Source: Eledone cirrhosa (taxonomy: Eukaryota). From it: 64,000 bases of DNA. A program made the position numbers and the translations under genes. Positions 25,511 to 39,604 of the stretch are shown piece by piece. The DNA is taken from the NCBI GenBank assembly GCA_964016885.1, contig OZ024745.1:107012001-107076000 (forward strand), written 5' to 3'. Numbering within the stretch: the first letter of the stretch is position 1; the number at the start of each line of letters is the position of its first letter. The notes beneath the pieces are model-generated. The model searched no databases. It was given only the letters and a program-made list of their open reading frames with translations, and was not told the DNA's origin.

Positions 25511-28440
25511 GGTTTTATAATTTCACAAATTTTTACCAACAGAGAGACAGAGAGTCGGTTTCTAACATAGACACAAGACTCATTGGAATTTACACAGCAT
25601 CAACTAGGTGGATTAAGTATGCATGCATGCATGTGTAGATATAGATGTTATTGTATGTGTGGATGTGTTTGTTTTGAGTTGTATGTGTGCATGTGTATAT
25701 GCTTTGTGTCTGTACATGTGTTTATGCAGTTATTAGATGCAAAGTTTTTGGAATGTTTTACATATTTTTACTGTTCCAATAATGGATTGTACTTGTAATT
25801 TCCTAACTAGTTGTGTTCTTTCTGTTCCTGTGAAGCCTAGCTTCTCAAGATTTGTATTGAGGCAGTTACTAACATACCCCAATGTCCCAATAATCACAGG
25901 CATAAACCTGAAGGTGTAATCAGGGTGGAGTATCTGCTGATTTCTCATCAGTTCTGCATAAATATTCTCCCTTTCGCTAATCTTTGATATTATATTGGCA
26001 TCTGCTGGGCAGCTAATTTCCACTACTGTGCATGTTTTCTTCTCCCTGCCCCATATCATAATATCTGATCTGTTATGCCTACATTTTATTGGGGTTTTTA
26101 CTGGAACATTCCACCCGTACTCTTTTATATTATGTACATGGATGTCTTCCACACTGCTGTAGCTTTTAATGTGTTTATTATCGGGGCTATCTTTTCTATG
26201 GATTGCATTGTACAGAGTTTTGGCCACTACATCATGCCTCATAGGTAGATAGTACCGCGATGACATATTTGGACAGTTGCTGATGATATGGGTGATATCT
26301 TCGATGTTAATTCTGCAGAGTCTGCACTTGTTATCGCACTATGTTATCTCTTTCGTGAATCAGGTATTTCGTATTAATTTCCTGTTCTTGGATTGTAAAA
26401 GCGTAACCTTCAAAGTGGGAGCCAATATAGAGGTTGTTGGTCCAAGATAGACTAATTTCCTTATCTATATTACTCTCACTCTGGAGCTTCCTGGCAACAT
26501 ATCCATGCATGATTTTTTGCTGATAAGCATGTAGTTTTTCATTCATGGATTCACTGCGATACTGCTGAGCGACTTTTATTATCACACTGAGTTTTTATTA
26601 TCACACAGGGAAAATCTCTCGAGGAGTTCCTTCCCAACTCTCATGATCTTATCTGTTTCATGCAGATAGACTTGCTCGAGAGACGGGCTCCTACGCTTCG
26701 AGGTTCGTTGATGTTATCGGAGGGATATGATGCGACATTCAAATGCTGTCTGGACTGATGTTAGGCCTCTGCCTCCCTGCTTACATTTCAAGTAAAGGCA
26801 TCTATGTCACTGTTGATGTGGAAGTTTCCGGTGTTGTTTAGTATTTTTCGAGTTCTAACATCAACTGCTCGGATTTCGTCTATCGTCCAAACGTTGGTAG
26901 GCCAGGCACAGCAAATACATTGTGAGCCACTGTTTTGTTTTGCGCAGAGAGTTCCGATGACCAGATCTTTCTTAATCGGGTGTAGTATTCCCTGGTTACG
27001 CGTTCTTTATTACAGATACCATTATAGGATATGTTCTCATCTATCCCCAGGTATCTGTAGCAGTCCTCATCAGATATCGGTGAAACAGTTAGACCATTGA
27101 TGACAATGTTGCTAGATTGGGTTGTTGATTTTCCCCGCTTTAGTGTCATATATGAGTATTTATCTTGGCCAAACTCCATTCCTATATCCTTTGAGAACGT
27201 TGTAACCAGGTCAAGATTTTTCTTTATCCCATCCATGTTCTTGGCATAGAGTTTCAGATCGTCCACAAAGAAATGATGGGTTAAGTTCGTATTCCTGTCC
27301 TCCTGTGCGCCAATGATGTATCCTTCATATTTCTTGAGCAGAAAGGACAAGGGGTTTAATGACAGGATGAATAATATCACAGAGCGACTGTCTCTCTTAA
27401 ATATACCCCTGCGATATTTTATTTTATCAGTGAAAATAGCGTAATCCCCTTCTGTCTTTAACCTTAGAATAGTAGCCCAAGAAGAAGACAGCTTCTCTAT
27501 GGCTCTGACAATAATGTCTGGGACTTTAGCAAGTTGGAGGGCCTCTATCACCCAAGAGTAGGGAACAGAATCGAAAGCTTTCCTGTAGTCCAGCTAGATT
27601 GTAGCCATATTCCTCTTAAGTTGTTGCACCTCCGATATCGCAGTTTTGTTGATTAGGAGTTGTTCAGCACATCCCTAAACCCCTTTCTTTCCAGCTGCTT
27701 GTTCATCTGTGATAATGTTATTATTTTCACAGTGATCTTAGGCAAATAGGTTCAGACAGGCTGTATACATCTTATACATCAGGTTCTGGCATGCAATGGT
27801 TTTTGCCAAGTGGGTGTCTTTCTTCTTGGGGACCAGTAATGTTTGTGCTAATGTCAACCATTCTGGTATAAGTGTATCTCCCTTAATAACTTGTTGGTAT
27901 AGGTCAGTTAGATACCTCCGATAGAATATCAGCTTTTTGTACCAGTAGCCGACAATCATGTCTCTTCTTGGTATTTTCTTATCTTGGAGTTTTCCTATCA
28001 CAGTCTTGTGATAAGTTCCTCACTTATTTCGTATGTTTTTGTTGTAGTGTAGGAGCAATAGTTCTTTCGGATTTCTCTTAGCCACACTGCATCTTGGTTG
28101 AAATTCTTCTTTTCACCCCATATTTTTCTCCAAAAGGAATCTATGTCTTTCTGGGATGGGGCCTCAGTGCCACTTATTATTTTGTTCTTCATTTCTCTAT
28201 AGACTGATGTTTGGTTTCGTCTGAATCTTTTATTAAGCACTTTTCTGTCATCTACCTTGTTCCGGTATCGGCGTTTTTCGTTAACTGCTCGCAATTCTTG
28301 TGTGAGGGTGATCAGCTTATATTGAAGAGTTCTGGTTCTACTGTTACCAAACATCGTCTCTATTTTATTTTTCATTCTTTGTTGGTGAGGAGTGACGTTT
28401 TTTGTGTTTGTTTGCATGTAAGGAGCATTGTCACATATCC
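25511..28440 (-). mobile_element. R4/Dong-clade non-LTR retrotransposon (RT + CCHC + restriction-like endonuclease), 5'-truncated and disrupted
   Basis: ORF pieces 28417-27998, 28001-27738, 27551-26880 (FFVDDLKLY, FSKDIGMEFG), 26585-26331 (IQEQEI), 26266-25733 (RHD, NRSDI, VEISCP, PVIIG.LG); stops and frameshifts. Confidence 0.92.
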
Positions 28441-28461
28441 TATACGTATGTATGTATGAAT

Positions 28462-29817
28462 GAATGTTATCTCTTTCTCTTAATTTCTAGTCTATTTTTT
28501 TGACTGGCCACCTTCCTGCTGGCAAGGTTATAAAAGAAAAGAAATTGTCATCCCTTGAATCGCAAGAATGTTTTGCAAATTTTGAAGGTGCCAGCTATCG
28601 CAGCCATTTGTAGACTATGAATTAGGGAGCTGCGCTCTTTGTCCGCAAATCCAAGTTCAGTCATACTTTGGTCCAAGCGGGTAACTCCAATAATGATGGG
28701 TATAGCTAAAGGTGTATCTTGGATACTGGATTTGTAAACTCCTCATCAATGGTCCGTAGATGTCCTCATTCTCCTGTATTTTTCTGACAACGTTTACATC
28801 AAGTGGGCAGCTGATCTCCACAACAGAACACGTTTTCAATGTGTGGTCCCAAACAACAATATCAGGCCGGTTGTGCTTTAATTTGGTTGCAGTTTTTATT
28901 TTCAGGTTCCACCAGTATTCCTTAGTGCCATCTGTCTCAATATATTCCTCCTCGTTTGTTGTTAATTTTGTTTTCCGAAGTGCGTTCCAGATGGTTCTAG
29001 CTATCCCATCGTATCTCATGGGGAGATAGTAGCGAGATGACATTCTTTCGCAGCTGGCAACAATGTGGCTTACATCCTCGATCTTTGTTTTACATAGCCT
29101 ACATTTATTGTCAGCTGATGGCCCTCCCCTTTTGTGCAGCAGATATTTGGTAGGGTGTTCTTGTTCCTGTATTGCATAGAGATATCCCTCAAGGTGTGAT
29201 GTCATAAACTTGTCGGAACTCCATGCCAAGCTTTTTGAGTGGTTTATCCCCTCTATGGTCTGTGTTTTACGTCTCAAGTATCCATGCACAACTTTTTCTG
29301 TAAATTGGTCAATTATTTCATCTTGTTTGAACATTGAATAGGTTCTTCCAATTTCTCTGGGTGAGGGATTTATATCAGGCTTTATTCCATATCTCTCCTC
29401 CAGATCAGTGGCTATTCTAATGATATATTTTTTTTCATGCTCATAAACCTGGGCAAGATGGTTGCCAACCTTTTTCCTCTGTTGAAGATGTTGCTTCAGT
29501 GTTACTATCAGGGTCCATATGATGTTAATATGGATTTTAGACCCCGGCCACCTTCCTTGTGTGAGGAGTATAGCCTATCCACATCACCATTGATGTTAAA
29601 GTTGCCAGTAACACTGAGAAGTTTGCGAGTTCTAACATCCATCTCACTTAGTTCTTGCAATGACCAGTTCAGTAGGTCAAATGTTGGCGTTAGAATTGGC
29701 ACAGCATAAGTATTGTGGGCAATGTATTTGTTGTACGCTGACAGTTCTGATGACCATATTTTCTTTACTCTTCTGAGGTATTCAGTTCTGGTTCTCTCCT
29801 TACTTATGGGTCCATCA
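28462..29817 (-). mobile_element. Second, divergent R4/Dong-clade element, 3' half
   Basis: ORFs 29508-30068 (YAVPIL, GGRGL) and 28657-29334 (CRLC..H...C, NRPDIVVWD, VEISCP); (TATG)n at both ends. Confidence 0.9.
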
Positions 29818-29914
29818 TGTATGTATGTATCATGTATGTATGTATGTATGTATGTATGTATGTATGTATGTATGTATGTATGTATGTATGTATGTATGTA
29901 TGTATGTATGTATG

Positions 29915-30521
29915 TCAGGTCACCAGTTGGTGCTACTGGTAACATGTATCCCAGTACAACCTGTCCCATGGTCGGGTCGTTGGCGACTAAACTGGCAACC
30001 CCGTCAAGGTTTCTTGGTGAGGAGGGTGACTTTGGACATCCTGCAGGACTAAAAACAAAACCTCTCAAAGGGCAAAGGAGCTCTTAAGAGTCAATGGCCA
30101 TCCAAAATCACCGGGAGAGATGACCCCTTAGCCTTTGTCAAGGCAGAATTCTAGGAGAAGGAAAACTCTGATATAACACCTGCAACCCTGATGGTTTCCA
30201 ATGATGTTGATTTGTTCTTCTTTTTGGTAAATATCATCTTGGTTAAGAGAGTGGAACTGGCTTTGTGCAGTGCCTTTGCTCACTATAAAAGCTTCACAGC
30301 ACAGGCATTGCTTTATATCTGGAGATCTCTCTACACTTGTCGTCACATGGTACCATGGGCCCAGCACTATGTGTCAATAATTGTCACAAGTGTAGTGTTT
30401 GTACCAGAGCTTTCGGGTTGCTGGCTGGACTAAAGGGTCACACTCGTTCAGCGCATCGGTAGGGGTTCTCCTACATGGATATAAAGTAGTGGCCGTACTC
30501 GAAAACGAGTTGGCAGCTACC
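29915..30521 (+). mobile_element. Apparently full-length RTE-derived non-autonomous element, family A
   Basis: RTE-like 5' part (aaactggcaacccc), zinc-finger remnant, stem-loop tail; (TATG)n on both sides. Confidence 0.7.
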
Positions 30522-30602
30522 ATGTATGTATGTATGTATGTATGTATGTATGTATGTATGTATGTATGTATGTATGTATGTATGCATGTATGCATGTATG
30601 TA

Positions 30603-30922
30603 CCGCACGGTTAAACCACTAGGAGTGAAGGATCCATAGCCTTTGTCAGGGCATTCTTCTAGGAGAAGGCAACCCAGTAAACTGGGATAACTTCGATATA
30701 AAACCTGCGGCTCAGTAGTTACCGATGATGTTGATCTTTTCTTCTTTTCGGGTTATAGCTACTGTTACTCAGAGAGTGGGATTGGCTCAGTGCACAGTCT
30801 TTCCTCACTTAAAAAAATATCTTCATGCACAGGCATTGCACGATAGAATTAATTAATAATTATTAATAATGATATATCATGCAATGGCCATACTCGATAA
30901 CGAGGGGGCAGCCATCATCATG
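30603..30922 (+). mobile_element. RTE-derived non-autonomous element, family B
   Basis: Matches 12790-13108; same tail type as family A. Confidence 0.7.
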
Positions 30923-31379
30923 TATGTATGTATGTATGTATGAATGAATGTATGTATGTATGTATGTGTGTATATACGCACACTAGCATGCACGTATCGA
31001 CGTACGCACTTATATACGTATGTATGCATGCGTGTATGTATGTATGTATGTATGTATGTATGTATGTATGTATGTATGTATGTATGTATGCATACATGCA
31101 TGCTTTCTAAGATTGTCGGGATGGGAGTAGGCCTGAGAATCTACCCTTTACTAAAATTTATCTCCTCACTTCATTCGAATCTGTTCCGAGTTTACTTACA
31201 TATCCAGAAATAAGACAACCGATGACGATTGGAAATAAAACTGGTCGAAATGTACTGCAGATATTAATATTACAAAAATAAAATATTTTACCCCTAGAGT
31301 TATGACCGAAAGCAATAATTCTATTTATGACATTGTATGATCCTAACTAAAACTATCTATGAATTTGATGTCGTTTAAG

Positions 31380-31965
31380 TAATGATTTCTACTTCAGGCA
31401 ATAGGCCAGCAATTTGAGGAAGGGGAAAGGTGATTAAATCCACCCCAGTGCATTACTGGTGCTTCATTTTACCGAGCTCATAAGGATGAAAGGCAAAGAT
31501 AACATCGGCGGGATTTGAACTCAGAACGTAAAAGGCCATAGGTTTATGCAGCAAAGCATAGTGTCTACCGCTCTACCGATAATTGTTTATACTTTAGGCA
31601 CAAGGCCAGCAATTACCCAGTGCATTACTGGTACTTTATTTTATCGATCCCGTAAGGGTGAAAGGCAAAGTTAACCTCGGCGGGATTTGAACTCAGATCG
31701 TAAAGGGTCGTAACTATGCGGGAAAGCATGGCGTCCGACCCTCTACCGATAATGCCAATCCACCGCCCTGGTATCGTTTAAATAATTGGTTCTACTTTTG
31801 GCACAATGTCAGCAAATACTCAGTGTATTACTGGTACTTTATTTTATCGACCCCGTATGGATGAAAGGCAAAGTTAACCTCGGCGGGATTTGAACTCAGA
31901 ATGGAAAGTGCCGTAACTCTTTGCGTCAAAGCATGGCGTCAGACCCTCTGCTGATACTGCCAATC
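31380..31965 (-). mobile_element. Three head-to-tail SINE copies
   Basis: Units ~31380-31580, 31580-31768, 31783-31965. Confidence 0.9.
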
Positions 31966-34368
31966 GACAAGCTGCCGGATTGTAAGCGTTCCACGATGGA
32001 CCGTGAAATATTCCCTTCAGTATCATGTGATAAGTTGCTTGCATAAGAGCATTTATCTAAAGATAAGATACATTTATACATATAATTGACTCTTCAATAA
32101 TAGGATATTTAAAGTCAATATTTCGAATTACATTCAATGGGAACATTGTCTTGTTTCGTTTCGGGGTGAACAAATCAGTTCCAGTATAAATATCAGTCTT
32201 GCCATTGAGAATAATATGATAACCTCCACCCCTCATCTTTAATGAAATTTAAGGCCCCGTGTCACCATCATACAAATGCAGTGGATTTACCCAAACAGTA
32301 AGATGGAAATTGAAATCCCACTAGGGTCAGCTTTACCTTTCATATTTCTGGAGTCGATAGGATAAATATCATTCAGATATTTGGCTTGGTATAATCGATT
32401 AGAATCATCTCACAAATCTGTGGCCTGTGTTAGGAATTCATACTAACCAGCCAAGAATACAACTATAAGTAAAGAAAACAAATAAAATAATTACCAAAGT
32501 ATCGATTTAAATCGAACTATTCATTATAAGGTGACAAGATAATCAGGCTATCTAAAGCTTACACAATGAAAATACTTTCACCTGGTTATTCCACACTCTT
32601 AACCTTTCAGATATTTGACAATTTCTCTCGATATCGATAATGTTTCACAAAATTCATTAAGAATTTATGTAGAATTAATACAATGATTAATAGTGAAATC
32701 AATACTTATCAATATAAATCACTATTCTTATTTCCATATAGTTAATTCACCATAGGTATATAAATCTAATGTGATCATTTTTCATCCGCAAATTATAGCA
32801 AAATTATAAGAGTTTGAATAGTTAGGAGTATGACTTTAGTGTTAATATTTTAGTATACTGGCATACACTGTCCAGTCTAAGACATTATGATCGCTGATTT
32901 TACTGAAAACAAGCTATTCCCCAACTTGTATTATAAGCCAATTCATGCATGATGACATAGGTAATGAATTGGCAGGTGAGCTAGACCGTCGGTATGTATT
33001 ACAACTTTTTGCATTAGTTAAAGTTTGTTCTAAGCCCAAGGCCCATCAAACCGGTGTTTATCCCCGGTTTCCATGGCGTTAAGCAACTGTGAATACAAGT
33101 CTCTCCCTGGACAGGACGCCGGTCTATCGCAGCTACTGTTGCTACTCAGTGTTAGCAGAGCGTATTGTATCAACATGAAATAAAGTGAGATGCTGAAAAC
33201 CACAATACAGCAGCCTGTCCAGGAATTGAACTGATGACATTATGACCCTACGTCAAGCATCTTAACCATTTGCATTCAGAGTTAAAATTCACGAACTGGC
33301 TGACTTGTGTGTCAGACGAAATCGGTCGCTCGATTTAACACCAACTCCTTACTTTTTTATCAAAGTCAATTTTGTTACACGGATTCAGACAATGTCTCCT
33401 GTTAAAGTATGCCTGATCCTTTCTTTTCCACCAGCCTTGAAAACGGTGTGAGCATTGCCCTTGCTCTTGAGTAAGCAATATCATTTAAAAACCTGTGAAG
33501 CTCATTACATCGTATTTGTGTTCCTTGGTTTTGCCAACAGACTAATCACAACAGAGCAAACCAATGTGTCCTTCTGTGAGGTGAAATTTGAAGGAAGTTT
33601 TGCTATTATTTCTAACGACTGCATTAGGCTACTCCTCCAATGAGAGTTTTGCAATTTGAAACTCTAACATCGATGATAAAAACCTAGCAATCTGAGATGG
33701 AGCGGTCTTATGATTTATTATATTGAAAATACTATTTACCTTATCCCAACGATGCAATGCATTCTGGGATATGCTATTAAGCAGGTATACTGGAATTAGA
33801 TTCATCAGCAATATCTTTCTCTCCCTCTGACACCAGAAGAATAGGGATGTCAGAGAGCTTGGTGAGGTGCCTAGTTAAAGGATATCAATTATTCAAATAT
33901 CATAAATTAATTAAGAAATTAATCTAATTTTCAATTATTTTTATAATTGACCTGTAGTAATTAGGGAAAATTTATAGAACATTTTTTCAAAATAATTAAA
34001 TGTCTAATAAATATCAATGTTTTGGGAAACAGTTTTGAAACATTTTTTAATTATTGTTGATTAATGTGTGTATGTATGTATGCGAATAAATGTGTGTGTG
34101 TAAGTATGTATGTATGTATTATGTATGCGTGTGTGTCTGTGTGTGTGTGCAAGTATATAATATGTGCTTGTGTATGTTAAATTGAGTTTTTGCGTATTTA
34201 TGTGTTAAATGTTTGATGCTGTTTTCCTCTGGGAATTCGTTTGTTGAAGAATTTAAACATATATGTCGATTGTGTGTACAAAAACACACGCACACACACA
34301 CACATACCTTACTATAGAAATATATCAACCTTCTCTCTCTCTCACTCTCTCTCTATATATATATATTA

Positions 34369-34412
<44 letters not shown>

Positions 34413-34754
34413 TTATATAAATAAATATATATTTGTGTATGTGTGTGTGTGTATATCTGTATGCATGTGGGTAGAAGTACACACATATATATGCACACAC
34501 ACACACACAAACATATATAATTAAAAGTAACAAACCATTTTCTCTAAAAAAAAACACATTCCAAAAGAAAGTTTCAACAAGGAGAATTACAAATATAATA
34601 ATGAAGAAATAAATAAAAGTAAAGAAAAATGGTATCCAATAAAGAAAAGAAATTTAAGCAGAACAGTAAAGTAAATAGCTGGAGCAAAAAATATCTATAA
34701 TTAAATAAAACAGAAATCAATAGATAAATTGTAAAGGATAGTAATAACAAAGAC

Positions 34755-37270
34755 AATCACCACTACCACCACTGTACCACCATACCCATTAACAACACAC
34801 CCCCTCAAACATCATCACCACCATCATCACCATCATCAACACTACTTCAACTACATCACCACTACCACCACTGTACCACCCCTGTACCACAATACCCACT
34901 AACAACACACCCCCACAAACATCAACACCACCATCAACACTATTCCATCGATATCACCACTACCACGACTGTACCACCATCCCCACTAACAACACCCCCC
35001 CACACAAACATCATCAACACCATCAACACCACCATCAACACTATTCCAACTACATCACCACTGCCACCACTGTACCACCATCGCCCCACTAACCCCCCCC
35101 CCCCACAAACATCAACAACACCCAACAACACCATCAACAACACCATCAACAACACTATCATCACCACCATCAACACTACTCCAACTACATCACCACTACC
35201 ACCATTGTACCACCATCCCCGCAAACATCAACAACACTATCATCACCACCATCAACACTACACCAACTACATCACCACTACCACCATTGTACCACCATCC
35301 CCGCAAACATCAACAACACTATCATCACCACCATCAACACTACACCAACTACATCACCACTACCACTACTGTACCACCATCCCCTCAAACATCAACAACA
35401 CCATCAACACCACCACCAACACTACTCCAACTACATCACCACTACCACTACTGTACCACCATCCCCGCAAACATCAACAACACCATCAACAACACCACCA
35501 ACACTACACCAACTACATCACCACTACCACTACTGTACCACCATCCCCGCAAACATCAACAACACCATCAACAACACCACCAACACTACACCAACTACAT
35601 CACCACTACCACTACTGTACCACCATCCCCGCAAACATCAACAACACCATCATCACCACCATCAACACTACACCAACTACATCACCACTACCACTACTGT
35701 ACCACCATCCCCGCAAACATCAACAACACCATCAACAACACCACCAACACTACACCAACTACATCACCACTACCACTACTGTACCACCATCCCCGCAAAC
35801 ATCAACAACACTATCATCACCACCATCAACACTACACCAACTACATCACCACTACCACTACTGTACCACCATCCCCTCAAACATCAACAACACCATCAAC
35901 ACCACCACCAACACTACACCAACTACATCACCACTACCACTACTGTACCACCATCCCCGCAAACATCAACAACACCATCAACAACACCATCAACACTACA
36001 CCAACTACATCACCACTACCACTACTGTACCACCATCCCCGCAAACATCAACAACACCATCATCACCACCATCAACACTACTCCAACTACATCACCACTA
36101 CCACTACTGTACCACCATCCCCGCAAACATCAACAACACCATCATCACCACCATCAACACTACTCCAACTACATCACCACTACCACTACTGTACCACCAT
36201 CCCCGCAAACATCAACAACACCATCATCACCACCATCAACACTACTCCAACTACATCACCACTACCACTACTGTACCACCATCCCCGCAAACATCAACAA
36301 CACCATCATCACCACCATCAACACTACTCCAACTACATCACCACTACCACTACTGTACCACCATCCCCGCAAACATCAACAACACCATCATCACCACCAC
36401 CAACACTACTCCAACTACATCACCACTACCACTACTGTACCACCATCCCCGCAAACATCAACAACACTATCATCACCACCATCAACACTACACCGACTAC
36501 ATCACCACTACCACTACTGTACCACCATCCCCGCAAACATCAACAACACCATCGACAACACCATCAACAACACCACCAACACTACTCCAACTACACCACC
36601 ACTACCACTACTGTACCACCATCTCCGCAAACATCAACAACACCATCGACAACACCATCAACAACACCACCAACACTACTCCAACAACATCACCACTACC
36701 ACTACTGTACCACCATCCCCGCAAACATCAACAACACCATCGACAACACCATCAACAACACCACCAACACTACTCCAACAACATCACCACTACCACTACT
36801 GTACCACCATCCCCGCAAACATCAACAACACCATCGACAACACCATCAACAACACCACCAACACTACTCCAACTACATCACCACTACCACTACTGTACCA
36901 CCATCCCCGCAAACATCAACAACACCATCAACAACACCATCAACAACACCATCAACAACACAATCAACACTACTCCAACAACATCACCACTACCACTACT
37001 GTACCACCATCCCCGCAAACATCAACAACACCATCAACAACACCACCAATACTACACCAACTACACCACCACTACCACTACTGTACCACCATCCCCGCAA
37101 ACATCAACAACACCATCAACAACACCACCAACACTACTCCAACTACATCACCACTACCACTACTGTACCACCATCCCCGCAAACATGAACAACACCCTCA
37201 ACAACACCACCAACACTACTCCAACAACATCACCACTAACGCTATCACCACAACTACCGCAGCCATCATA
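34755..37270. repeat. C/A-rich minisatellite, ~82-bp unit, roughly 30 copies
   Basis: Unit caccactaccactactgtaccaccatccccgcaaacatcaacaacaccatc...; gcaaacat recurs at 35221 and 35303; later units carry 12-bp expansions. Confidence 0.95.
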
Positions 37271-37595
37271 ATTATTACAACAACAATGACCACCACGTTA
37301 ATCAGTATTAGGATTATTGCGTCAGCACAAACAAGTTAAAAAAAAAAACTGACAAAGTTTAAAATAATAAAAAGAGACCCCGCTACCCCCCCCCCCCCCA
37401 AAAAAAAACCCACACAAAAAACCCCCAACAAAACACCACAAAGAACGAACACATGAGAAACAGCAGTAACAGCAGTAACATCAGCTGCAGCAAAAGTAGC
37501 ACCAACAACAGTAGAAGTAGCACAAACAGTCGAAGCAGCAACAGCAACAGCAACAGCATAACAGTTACAATGGCAATATCACAACACCACGAGTA

Positions 37596-38440
37596 ATAAT
37601 TGTTTCTACTTTTTGCACAAGGCCAGCAAACACCCCAGTACATTACTGGTACTTTATTTTATCGACCCCGTAAGGATGAAAGGCAAAGTTAACCTTGACG
37701 GGATTTGAACTCAGAATGGCTTGGACTGTAACTCTATGCGTCAAAGCATGGCGTCCGACCCTCTACCGATACTGCCAATCCATCGCCCTTACCACCGCCA
37801 ATCCACCACGAGTAATAATTGTTTCTACTTTTCGCACAAGGCCAGCAATTACCCAGTACATTACTGGTACTTTATTTTATCGACCCCGTATGGATGAAAG
37901 GCAAAGTTAACCTCGGCGGGATTTGAAATCAGATCATAAAGGGACATAATCCACCGCGAGTAATAATTGTTTCTACTTTTGGCACAAGGCCAGCAATTAC
38001 CCAGTGTATTACTGGTACTTTATTTTATCGACCCCATAAGGATGAAAGGCAAAGTTAACCTCGGCGGGATTTGAAATCAGATCATAAAGGGACATAATCC
38101 ACCGCGAGTAATAATTGTTTCTACTTTTGGCACAAGGCCAGCAATTACCCAGTACATTACTGGTACTTTATTTTATCGACCCCGTATGGATGAAAGGCAA
38201 AGTTAACCTCGGCGGGATTTGAAATCAGATCATAAAGGGACATAATCCACCGCGAGTAATGATGATTTCTGTTATAGGCACAAGGCCAGCAATTTTTGTG
38301 GGGTGGAGGGCAAAGTCGATTAAATTGACACCAGTTCATTATTCGAATTTTATTTTATGGAACCCGAAAGGATGAAAGGCGAGGCTAGATTCGGCGAGAT
38401 TTGAACACGGATCGTAAAGGACCGGAACAAAAATACCACA
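37596..38440 (-). mobile_element. Tandem array of five SINE units
   Basis: One full copy, three ~148-bp internally deleted copies and one older copy, joined by ccac(cg)cgagtaataat. Confidence 0.9.
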
Positions 38441-38454
38441 AAGTATGAGTAATC

Positions 38455-38520
38455 CTGTCAAACATGCGGCCTCTCGGGCCTCATGCGGCCCTTTATAAAG
38501 CACACCTGCGGCCCGCACAA
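38455..38520. mobile_element. hAT (Charlie-like) terminal fragment
   Basis: tgtcaaacatgcggcc..gggcc..tgcggccc motif array typical of hAT subterminal repeats. Confidence 0.5.
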
Positions 38521-38543
38521 AGGTTTTTACAGCGCGAGCGTAA

Positions 38544-38922
38544 GCTATATATATAAAACTGAGGATGTCTGTCTGTGTGCGTGTCTGTGAGTTTGAATCC
38601 CTAAAACTCGAGAAGTACCCAACCGATCTTTTTCAAACTTTACATATGTATAACTTATGTTTCAGTGACTGTTATGCACATAAAAAATTCAACTTTTTGA
38701 TGCCCTAGGGCCCGCATTAGGTGAAAAACTTCATTTTTTCAGCTTTTTAGGGCTTTTTTGAGGCGTTAAAATATGTTATATTAACACTATTTTTATTCTG
38801 CCATATTTACTCCCTTTTGATATACGGAATTTTAGTTGCAATTTGTAGACCAAGCTTTCAAAATTATAAGCTCTAATCTAAATATATAAAACTGAGAATG
38901 TGTGTGTTTGTGTGAGTGTGTA

Positions 38923-39008
<86 letters not shown>

Positions 39009-39600
39009 TTTGAATCCCTAAAACTCGAGAAGTACCCAACCGATTTTTTTCAAACTTTACATGTGTATTACTTATGTTCCAGGAATTGTTATACACATAA
39101 AAATTCAACTTTTTGATGCCCTAGGCCCGCATTAGGTGAAAAACTGCGTTTTTAAAAGCTTTTTAGGGGTTTTTTGAGGCGTCAGACCGATTTCCTTGAA
39201 ATTGTAACTATGTATTAGTCAGTCTCTTCTTCATACCGTGAGCAAAGAAAATCCAACTTTTTTATGGCCTAGGGCCCATATTAGGTGAAAAACTTCATTT
39301 TTTCAGCTTTATAGGGCTTTTTTGAGGCGTTACGCCAAGCCGATTTTCTCGAAATTTCAAGGCACAAAACAAATTCATTTTCTTGATCCCCTAGGGCCCG
39401 CATTAGGCGAAAACCTGCATTTTTCCTGCTTCATCGAGGAAAATCTTAAAGATTATCCAGCCATCAGAGTATTCAGTTTATTTTCTTTACATAATGTCAG
39501 GCATGCAGTTTTTCCACGATTAGGTCTGTTGGCGTCCCGCGTTGCAAAATACCTTATCCCTGGAAAAATATTCTTGTCGGACCAAAACCCGAACTTAAAA
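38544..39600 (+). mobile_element. Two tandem Helitron-like non-autonomous elements
   Basis: Both start ..atataaaactgag + (gtct/gt)n + aactcgagaa (38544, 38875); internal repeats cctag(g)gccc(g)cattagg recur about four times. Confidence 0.55.
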
Positions 39601-39604
39601 ATCT

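Noticed and set aside
35205-37271. 688-aa and 633-aa mucin-like His/Thr/Pro-rich ORFs
   Set aside because: They arise from an 82-bp minisatellite that lacks stop codons on this strand; the unit is not a multiple of 3, so the peptide cycles through all frames.
37596-38440. CRISPR-like regularly spaced repeats
   Set aside because: Units are whole SINE copies with no unique spacers, there are no cas genes, and the context is eukaryotic.
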